From an uncultured virus (IMG/VR IMGVR_UViG_3300027793_002658) (taxonomy: Duplodnaviria; Heunggongvirae; Uroviricota; Caudoviricetes): a DNA stretch of 61,450 nt. The first letter of the stretch is position 1; the number at the start of each line of letters is the position of its first letter. The notes below the pieces were generated by a model. It searched no databases, was not told the DNA's origin, and saw nothing but the letters and a program-made list of their open reading frames with translations. The stretch lies in the IMG/VR virus record IMGVR_UViG_3300027793_002658; one strand, 5' to 3'. The position numbers and the translations under genes were made by a program. Of the stretch, positions 51,793 to 57,921 are shown piece after piece.

Positions 51793-52529
51793 ATTATTGA
51801 TTCCTCTAATACTTGGCCACAACTTTCTCGTAAAACAAGTGCGGCAAACTTATCAAACGCAGTAGGAGTATTGTTGATAATTACCAACTTGCATTGTGGA
51901 TTACGATCCAACAACAAATTGCATGCTGGCATAACCTGTAAACTACTGCCAATTGCAATCAATAAATCACATTCAGCAATTGCTTTTTGTGCCGTCTCAA
52001 AAACAACATCATCCAACCATTCATCAAACAATACCGTGTTTGGTCGAATAGTTCCAAATGTACAAATTGGACACTTAGGAATTCCTTTGTCATTGAATAA
52101 ACCAAGATATTGAGAAATATCAAATGTATATTTACATCCATTGGTACATCTAAAAGATTTACAAGTGCCATGTAATTCTAAAACTTTCTTAGAACCAGCT
52201 TTTACATGTAATCCATCAATATTTTGAGTAACAACAGCTTTTAATTTTCCTTGCTCTTCTAATTTTGCAAGAGCAAAATGCGCTCTATTTGGTTCCTTAT
52301 CAACCAATTTTAACAACCGTTCCTTGTAAAATAACGATAACAATGCTGGATCTTTTCTAAGAGTACGACGAGAAAGAATATCTTCAGGTTCCATTCCTTC
52401 AAATGGTCCGCTTGTATACAGCCCACCAACACTACGAAAATCAGGAATTCCACTTTCGGTGCTAATTCCCGCCCCCGTAAATGCAACGATATTTGTTGCA
52501 TTATCAATATAACTTTTTAATGTATTCAT
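51789..52529 (-). CDS. Sir2/CobB-family NAD-dependent deacylase
   Basis: TGAGISTESGIPDFR, TQNIDGLH, HG, two CxxC-like pairs, GSSL.V.P; upstream ORF extension is the tRNA. Confidence 0.92.
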   Translation of the reverse strand: MNTLKSYIDNATNIVAFTGAGISTESGIPDFRSVGGLYTSGPFEGMEPEDILSRRTLRKDPALLSLFYKERLLKLVDKEPNRAHFALAKLEEQGKLKAVVTQNIDGLHVKAGSKKVLELHGTCKSFRCTNGCKYTFDISQYLGLFNDKGIPKCPICTFGTIRPNTVLFDEWLDDVVFETAQKAIAECDLLIAIGSSLQVMPACNLLLDRNPQCKLVIINNTPTAFDKFAALVLRESCGQVLEESII

Positions 52530-52534
52530 AAAAT

Positions 52535-52608
52535 TGGCAGGGGATGAAGGAATCGAACCTTCACTAAGAGATCCAAAGTCTCCTGCACTACCATTATGCA
52601 AATCCCCA
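52535..52608 (-). tRNA. tRNA-Gln(TTG)
   Basis: Cloverleaf, CCA. Confidence 0.85.
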
Positions 52609-52621
52609 GTTAAAATTAACC

Positions 52622-52710
52622 TAACACAAACCGTGCTATTATACGCTAAAAAGCAATGCGGCACATGCGCCCAAACCCTTATGAAATACTTCTTTCGGGT
52701 GTTTGTGTTG
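52622..52710 (-). ncRNA. Unassigned ~90-nt stem-closed RNA
   Basis: aacacaaac/gtttgtgtt terminal helix, two internal hairpins. Confidence 0.4.
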
Positions 52711-52713
52711 AAA

Positions 52714-52987
52714 TTGACACTCGCCGTAGCCGATGTTCTGTTCTATTCCTACATTTATCTCAATATTTCTATTGGCAATCTGTTAAAGATTGCTGCTCCA
52801 ACCTTGTCCTGATAACGTGCAGCACTACACTCGGACACTTTAGGATTACTGCTAATTTGTGGTATTAACGTGCGGTATGTCGTCGTATAACGCTTGAGCG
52901 CATCAAACGAAAGCACTCCCAATCATCTGCTGTGCAGCATCGAACTTCCTCTAAGATATAATCTCAGCGTAGGATCGCTTGTGTCAA
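52714..52987 (-). ncRNA. rnpB: Phage-encoded reduced RNase P RNA
   Basis: P1, P2, P3; GAGGAAGUUCGAUG / ACAGAACAUCGGCUAC P4; P5 GCUGC/GCAGC; P18 with GAAA loop; AGAUAAAUG J18/2. Confidence 0.85.
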
Positions 52988-52990
52988 AAT

Positions 52991-53065
52991 TGGCTGCTCT
53001 TGATGGAATTGAACCACCATTCTCTCGTTCAAAGCGAGTAGTAATAGCCATTATACTAAAGAGCA
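52991..53065 (-). tRNA. tRNA-Gln(TTG)
   Basis: Cloverleaf, CCA. Confidence 0.8.
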
Positions 53066-53074
53066 ATATTAAAA

Positions 53075-53150
53075 TGGTGCCAGAATTTGGATTTGAACCA
53101 CGACAAAAAGATTCAAAGTCTTTTGTGCTAAACCGTTACACCATCGGGCA
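53075..53150 (-). tRNA. Degenerate tRNA-Gln(TTG)
   Basis: Good D and anticodon arms; mismatched T-stem and acceptor. Confidence 0.55.
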
Positions 53151-53159
53151 ATTAAAAAA

Positions 53160-53453
53160 TCAGTCGTATTCCGCTTCTTCATATCCATTTTCTTTTAGAT
53201 ATTTTTCTATCTTTTTACATAAAGCTTTACTAAGCTTTTTTTGAAAATCTAATGATATAAATTCCGAATCATATGTTGCTTGAAATTTTTTCATGAAAAC
53301 ACGCGGCAACTGTTCTGGAAACTCAAACGATGAATCACTCCAATCATGATGATAAATAACATTTTTATTTTCATCAAGAACAACTAAAATTTCTCCAGCT
53401 ATATTTATAGCATCGTGATCGCACGTATTATTTAAATAATAAAATTTTTTCAT
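53160..53453 (-). CDS. Hypothetical protein
   Basis: 97-aa ORF between tRNAs. Confidence 0.6.
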   Translation of the reverse strand: MKKFYYLNNTCDHDAINIAGEILVVLDENKNVIYHHDWSDSSFEFPEQLPRVFMKKFQATYDSEFISLDFQKKLSKALCKKIEKYLKENGYEEAEYD

Positions 53454-53460
53454 AAAAATT

Positions 53461-53545
53461 TGGTGCCAGCGATTGGATTTGAACCAATGATTCCATTGTT
53501 TGGATTGCTGTTAATACCTTTATGATCTAGATATATTTCACTGGC
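53461..53545 (-). ncRNA. tRNA-like chimera (acceptor plus T-arm plus CCA; D/anticodon region replaced by an ACAGCAA segment)
   Basis: GCCAGUG/CGCUGGC-A-CCA; AUUGG-UUCAAAU-CCAAU; no anticodon arm. Confidence 0.55.
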
Positions 53546-53554
53546 ATTATAAAT

Positions 53555-53629
53555 TGGAGCGCGGAATGGGACTTGAACCCACAACAATTTGCTTGGAAGG
53601 CAAATACTCTGCCATTGAGCTACCCGCGC
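53555..53629 (-). tRNA. tRNA-Gly(TCC)
   Basis: Cloverleaf, UCCA end. Confidence 0.85.
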
Positions 53630-53639
53630 ATTTTAAATT

Positions 53640-53714
53640 TGGAGCGTCATGTCGGAATCGAATCGACTTGTTCAACTTGGAAGGATGATGCCTAATCCAA
53701 TCGGCCAATGACGC
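53640..53714 (-). tRNA. tRNA-Gly(TCC)
   Basis: Cloverleaf, UCCA end. Confidence 0.8.
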
Positions 53715-53720
53715 ATAAAT

Positions 53721-53814
53721 AGGTGAGACAAAAAATCATTTGTCTGCTGGATTAGCTCCCCAGCTTATATTAGTTTTACAACTAATCATAGCTAATAGTG
53801 TTTTATTTTCACCT
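53721..53814 (-). ncRNA. Unassigned ~94-nt stem-closed RNA
   Basis: aggtga/tcacct ends; AUUAGUU-GUAA-AACUAAU and GCUGG/CCAGC hairpins. Confidence 0.4.
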
Positions 53815-53820
53815 TTAAAG

Positions 53821-53919
53821 TGGCGGATGATGTCCGTACTGCCCGGACCTTCGACATTCATATAGAAGCGAATTTAGTTTTCAAGACTAACGAGGCCAGC
53901 TTATATCCCCCTATCATCC
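53821..53919 (-). tRNA. Atypical tRNA-Ser(TGA)
   Basis: Perfect acceptor, G73, CCA, long variable arm; T-loop GGCAGUA and non-canonical D-arm. Confidence 0.65.
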
Positions 53920-54037
53920 ATGTCAATTAAAATCGTTACAAAAGCTCACTAGTGGAATTAATGTCATCGCCAATACAATTGTAACTAGTTCTTTAGTTTA
54001 ATATACAACGTCTTATATATCGTTTCAAGAACGAAAA

Positions 54038-54127
54038 TGGCGGAAGTTGAGGGAATTGCACCCCCACCGGTTTTACCCGGCACTGTTTAGCAAACAGTTC
54101 TGACAACCTAATATTCAGCTAACTTCC
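54038..54127 (-). tRNA. tRNA-Ser(GCT)
   Basis: Long variable arm, T-loop UGCAAUU, CCA. Confidence 0.8.
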
Positions 54128-54132
54128 AGAAA

Positions 54133-54210
54133 TGGTGGACACAGAGGGGATTCGAACCCCTAATATTCTCATTGCAAGTGAGATGCATTGCCAATTGATG
54201 CTACTGGCCC
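54133..54210 (-). tRNA. tRNA-Ala(TGC)
   Basis: G3-U70; one-nt bulge in acceptor; CCA. Confidence 0.8.
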
Positions 54211-54220
54211 ATTTTAAAAT

Positions 54221-54306
54221 TGGTAGGTGTGGTAGGATTCGAACCTACAAGGACTTCTCGTTTTAAGCAAGATGTTTCTTCCAATTTCACTTTCGTCCAC
54301 ACACCC
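54221..54306 (-). tRNA. Atypical tRNA-Leu(TAA)
   Basis: Expanded D region, short variable loop, CCA. Confidence 0.7.
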
Positions 54307-54320
54307 ATTATTAAATTAAC

Positions 54321-54372
54321 AAGATACATTTGTTTATTTTTGCTAAATAATTTTTGTTGCTGTATGTATCTT
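54321..54372 (-). ncRNA. CAGCAA-motif stem RNA (copy 1)
   Basis: AAGAUACAU-ACAGCAA...AUGUAUCUU. Confidence 0.6.
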
Positions 54373-54377
54373 AAAAT

Positions 54378-54462
54378 TGGTAGTCATGACCCGATTCGAA
54401 CGTGCAAAGGATATGATATTTTGAGTATCACGGTTGTTCCAGTTTCCCTTATCCACATGACC
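54378..54462 (-). tRNA. Atypical tRNA-Leu(CAA)
   Basis: Expanded D region, short variable loop, CCA. Confidence 0.7.
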
Positions 54463-54485
54463 ATTATCCACATGACCATTATCCA
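54449..54485. repeat. 15-bp tandem duplication of the tRNA-Leu 5' end
   Basis: ttatccacatgacca x2 plus ttatcca. Confidence 0.85.
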
Positions 54486-54488
54486 AAT

Positions 54489-54656
54489 TTACGTTTTTAG
54501 TACTTTGAGTACGAGTTTTGCTTTTTTTAATTTTTCTTGAGTTGCCGCAAACTCTTCGGCACCAACATTACGTTTGAAGTTTGCACTATTCAATTTTCTT
54601 TCTAGAAACTTGATATAAAGTTCTTCGTGTGCAATACGTTCTTTATTTGTTTTCAT
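54489..54656 (-). CDS. Small basic protein (55 aa, not in ORF track)
   Basis: MKTNKERIAHEELYIKFLERKLNSANFKRNVGAEEFAATQEKLKKAKLVLKVLKT*. Confidence 0.6.
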   Translation of the reverse strand: MKTNKERIAHEELYIKFLERKLNSANFKRNVGAEEFAATQEKLKKAKLVLKVLKT

Positions 54657-54702
54657 AATGTTGCGGTTTTATTTGAAGGATAACCGCAAACCTTATGCTA
54701 AG

Positions 54703-55077
54703 TTACTTTACTTCAATATACTTTGTTTTTGCTTCCGGCGTTTTCGGCACCGTCAACTTTAACACGCCGTCTTCTAGTTTAGACTCGATTTTATCGAAAT
54801 CGACATAAGGCAATGCAAACTCTCTCACATAACTTGCTCTTGCATTTTTTGCAGATACCTTAATTACACCCTTAGTGACTTCAACTTTAATTTCGTCACG
54901 TTTGAAGCGGGGCAACTCAATTTCAATCGTATATTGAGATTCAGTTTCCGCAAAATCAGTTGGTCTCCAATTGCGACTCAATTGAAATGATGGTTCTTTC
55001 CAGAAGTCATCATGCAATCTATCAAACAACTGAAATATATCTGTCATTCCACTGCCATATCTTTGAATATTATTCAT
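54703..55077 (-). CDS. Small heat-shock protein (Hsp20)
   Basis: ELPRF...IKVEV; REFALP; LEDGVLKLTVPK. Confidence 0.9.
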   Translation of the reverse strand: MNNIQRYGSGMTDIFQLFDRLHDDFWKEPSFQLSRNWRPTDFAETESQYTIEIELPRFKRDEIKVEVTKGVIKVSAKNARASYVREFALPYVDFDKIESKLEDGVLKLTVPKTPEAKTKYIEVK

Positions 55078-55173
55078 ATTTTTATTTCCTTTATTTATAT
55101 TTCACAAATAAAGTATTTGGATATGTTCTCTACACAAGATATTATCCAAGATAATACTTTATGTGAAAAAAGT

Positions 55174-55248
55174 TGGTGGACCTGAGCGGGATCGAACCGC
55201 TAACCTCTGAGTGCAAATCAGATGTGTTACCATTAGCACCACAAGCCC
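55174..55248 (-). tRNA. tRNA-Ala(TGC)
   Basis: Cloverleaf, G3-U70, CCA. Confidence 0.9.
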
Positions 55249-55264
55249 ATTATATAAAAATATA

Positions 55265-55518
55265 ATGTAATAAATACGGCAGGAGTTCCTGCTCCCAGCA
55301 TAATTTGCAGGTAGGCATATCTACTGAGCCATCTGCGACCAGATACGGTTTGTCTGTGATTTCGGATCTTGTAGTATTTCCCCCGACGCACGAATTTGCA
55401 GAATCTCTACTTCAGGATTTTCACCTTGCCTCAATTCTCACCATTCTACATGGTAGACCAACGGGCTCTCGCTTATGCAGTCTAATTTGGACATTAGGTG
55501 TCCCCGACATTATTACAT
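55265..55518 (-). ncRNA. Unassigned ~254-nt structured RNA
   Basis: AUGUAAUAA/UUAUUACAU terminal helix, GC-enriched, many hairpins. Confidence 0.55.
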
Positions 55519-55523
55519 AAAAA

Positions 55524-55607
55524 TGGTAGGCATGATAGGACTTGCACCTACACGGATTTCTCCATTGATTTCTAAGACCAACGCGGCTTCTTTTACGCCA
55601 CATGCCC
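55524..55607 (-). tRNA. tRNA-Leu(TAG)
   Basis: Cloverleaf, long variable arm, CCA. Confidence 0.8.
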
Positions 55608-55621
55608 ATTATTAAATTAAC

Positions 55622-55729
55622 AAGATACAACAATTTACAGTTTTGCTTCTGACCTGCATTTTTTTCATGGTCCGCAGACAAGACGATTCATTTCCTATGA
55701 TAATTTATATTTGTTGCTGTGTGTATCTT
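55622..55729 (-). ncRNA. CAGCAA-motif stem RNA (copy 2)
   Basis: AAGAUACA-CACAGCAA...UGUAUCUU. Confidence 0.6.
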
Positions 55730-55738
55730 AAAAATTAC

Positions 55739-55854
55739 GAGATGTGTTTTTATAATTTGAGTTTCAAGCTCAATGCCTTACCATTAGGCGAATTTTCCAC
55801 ACGGAAAATATTGGATTTGAACCAATAATTTATTTGTATTGCTGCGCACATCTC
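55739..55854 (-). ncRNA. CAGCAA-motif RNA enclosing a circularly permuted tRNA-Ser(UGA)
   Basis: GAGAUGUG/CACAUCUC closing stem; order T-arm, closed acceptor hairpin, D-arm, anticodon arm. Confidence 0.75.
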
Positions 55855-55860
55855 TGAAAT

Positions 55861-55938
55861 TGGTCGGCAAGACAGGATTCGAACCTGCGACCTTCTGCTC
55901 CCAAAGCAGACGCACTAGCCAAGCTGTGCTACTTGCCG
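55861..55938 (-). tRNA. tRNA-Pro(TGG)
   Basis: Canonical cloverleaf, CCA. Confidence 0.92.
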
Positions 55939-55946
55939 ATAAAAAA

Positions 55947-56022
55947 TGGTCGGGATGGAGAATTTTGCAATCTCAACCTCCTGTCTCCAAAACAGGCCGT
56001 CTACTTTTGACATTACATCCCG
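55947..56022 (-). tRNA. tRNA-Pro(TGG)
   Basis: Cloverleaf with divergent T-loop, CCA. Confidence 0.75.
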
Positions 56023-56029
56023 ATAAAAT

Positions 56030-56104
56030 TGGTAGGCGGTGAAGGATTTGAACCTCCGACAAACTGAGTGTAAGTCAGCTACTCTACCCCTGAGCTAACC
56101 GCCC
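56030..56104 (-). tRNA. tRNA-Val(TAC)
   Basis: Canonical cloverleaf, CCA. Confidence 0.9.
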
Positions 56105-56348
56105 ATTTTTTAATAAATTTAAGGATTTGTGTACCTATCGTTGGTAGCCCAATTTTCATTGAACCGGCGTCTCCGATTTCCCACGGCTCGCCTCTACGGT
56201 TTTGATTATACGCTCAAAATTTCTAAATGCGTTACTTACTATCTTCAATGTGCTAACTATCTTAGCACTGATTTCATCGTTGTCAACAGCTTTGTTGAGT
56301 TTTTTGTTTCTTACGTTTCGCTCAACCTCGCAGTCTCAACTGTGGATA

Positions 56349-56377
56349 CATCTTACACCATCCGATCCAAACGTCAA
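56349..56377 (-). promoter_or_regulatory. Possible sigma70 promoter for the tRNA array
   Basis: TTGACG-N16-TAAGAT. Confidence 0.5.
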
Positions 56378-56391
56378 CAACTTTCGCAAAC

Positions 56392-56424
56392 AAAAAACCC
56401 GTTGGTTTTTAGGCCAACGGGTTT
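56392..56424 (-). terminator. Intrinsic terminator of a putative attenuator
   Basis: AAACCCGUUGG/CCAACGGGUUU stem plus U tract. Confidence 0.75.
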
Positions 56425-56447
56425 AAACTTACGAAAATGTCCGTTGG

Positions 56448-56528
56448 TTAGCCTAGTACCAAACTAGGTTGTGACGCAGCACTAGCAAGTGCTGGCCCTA
56501 CTACGGATAATTGTACAAATGTATTCAT
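56448..56528 (-). promoter_or_regulatory. Putative 26-aa leader peptide of an attenuator
   Basis: MNTFVQLSVVGPALASAASQPSLVLG*, stop immediately followed by CCAACGG (antiterminator). Confidence 0.55.
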
Positions 56529-56576
56529 TGTAAGAATAAATATTTTCAATTTTTCGAAACGTTCATTTTTTTTTAA

Positions 56577-56729
56577 TTACTTTGCAGAGGTCTTTGCAAC
56601 AACCTTCTTGGTGACACTTGCAGTCTTAGTCTTTGCAGGTGTCTTGGCTACCGTCTTGGTTGCCTTCTTGGTAGCTGTCTTGGTTGTCTTAGTTGCCTTT
56701 GTGGTCTTTGTTGTCTTTTGTGTTGCCAT
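56577..56729 (-). CDS. Histone H1-like K/T/A-rich basic protein (50 aa, not in ORF track)
   Basis: MATQKTTKTTKATKTTKTATKKATKTVAKTPAKTKTASVTKKVVAKTSAK*. Confidence 0.7.
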   Translation of the reverse strand: MATQKTTKTTKATKTTKTATKKATKTVAKTPAKTKTASVTKKVVAKTSAK

Positions 56730-56872
56730 AACTTATTTTTTCTTTCTATTGTTTTACGATTCTTACGAATCAGATTAATCAATATATAACTGAAACTATT
56801 TTATTACATTTATTTTATTTTGGAATATTTGATATGTTTCTAAATCACATCTACATTTTCTTTTAATTTTTA

Positions 56873-57874
56873 TTAACGTATTTTTGGATTTCCGTGAATC
56901 GTAAATTTCCAATACTCGGAAAATGGACCTTCTTCGTTTTTGACGTGTTCTATATCACTTATTTCAAATCCACTTCGTTTAAGTAATTTCCAATATCGTG
57001 ATGAGCGAACTTGATTCATAGTACCTATATCTAGTGGTGCATAACGATTCACCCATTCTCCAAGTTTATGTATTAATTTTTTATAAATTTCAATTTGATT
57101 TTTTCTACCAATCACAGGAGATCTTTTAATTTGAGACTGATGTGTTGTAAATGATTGTTCTCCTGAAGTTAATGCAACTTCATGTGATCCATCTTCATTC
57201 TTTATTAGAATCATCGTATAATCACCGGCCACAATTTTATCTATAGGTTCCATTCCAATACTAGTTAAGTATTCTAATTCATCATTTACAGATTCTTCCA
57301 ATTCTTCCACTTGCTCATTCATCTGCAAAATGCCTATTGGATAGTTTGTAACAATATCATCTAATTTTTCAGCAAGCGTTGTTTTATCACTCTCCTGTAA
57401 TTTAGTACGTAAATACTCACGTAAACTTAAAAGATGTTTGCATAGACCGGGACGCAAATATGGATTCGTTGTTTTTGGAAAATTGCCATTACATTTATTT
57501 AAACTATTATTGCCCATTTCGCCTGCTTCTTTGTCGTTATTTGCGTAGGCGTATTTATACCGATAATCTTCACACGTACAATCTACTTTGCAAGGAATAT
57601 CAATGGAACTTGCACTGCTATTTTCTTTTTTAAATGTGATTCTGCCTTTGTGCCCGATACCATTTGGTTTTTCAGGACGTGGTGTAATATGACTAAGATC
57701 ACTCTTATAACTAAAATTCCAATATTCGTTTGTCGAGTCGGCGCGTATTGGCAATGATTGCGTTCTCATTTTCAATGCGCGTTTTTTTCTTTTTGGCTCA
57801 GAAAAATTCATGAGTTCTTTAAATGATAAAATCTCATTTAATACTCGTTTAGCGATGTTCGACAGCAAAATCAT
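56873..57874 (-). CDS. SWIM Zn-finger protein
   Basis: CTCEDY...PGLCKHL. Confidence 0.7.
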   Translation of the reverse strand: MILLSNIAKRVLNEILSFKELMNFSEPKRKKRALKMRTQSLPIRADSTNEYWNFSYKSDLSHITPRPEKPNGIGHKGRITFKKENSSASSIDIPCKVDCTCEDYRYKYAYANNDKEAGEMGNNSLNKCNGNFPKTTNPYLRPGLCKHLLSLREYLRTKLQESDKTTLAEKLDDIVTNYPIGILQMNEQVEELEESVNDELEYLTSIGMEPIDKIVAGDYTMILIKNEDGSHEVALTSGEQSFTTHQSQIKRSPVIGRKNQIEIYKKLIHKLGEWVNRYAPLDIGTMNQVRSSRYWKLLKRSGFEISDIEHVKNEEGPFSEYWKFTIHGNPKIR

Positions 57875-57921
57875 ACATATAAATAGTTAAAAAAACTATA
57901 ATATGTCTATTTATTAGAGTT

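Noticed and set aside
51789..52529. Sir2 as an anti-phage NADase (ThsA/DSR type)
   Set aside because: It has the Zn-binding cysteines and motifs of classical CobB-like deacylases.
53821..53919. Selenocysteine tRNA
   Set aside because: The anticodon is UGA (Ser), not UCA, and the acceptor stem is 7 bp.
53925..54036. Spacer as another ncRNA
   Set aside because: Only short, weak complementarity.
54304..55730. CRISPR array interpretation of the repeated aagataca/tgtatctt sequences
   Set aside because: Only 2-3 dispersed copies, no regular spacers, no cas genes in the window.
56126..56340. GC-enriched leader before tRNA-Val as a ribozyme or ORF
   Set aside because: Some hairpins, but no recognisable motif or credible start.
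52534..56467. Plus-strand ORFs across the RNA island and minus ORF 55421-55681
   Set aside because: They overlap tRNA, RNase P or other RNA genes; shadow ORFs.
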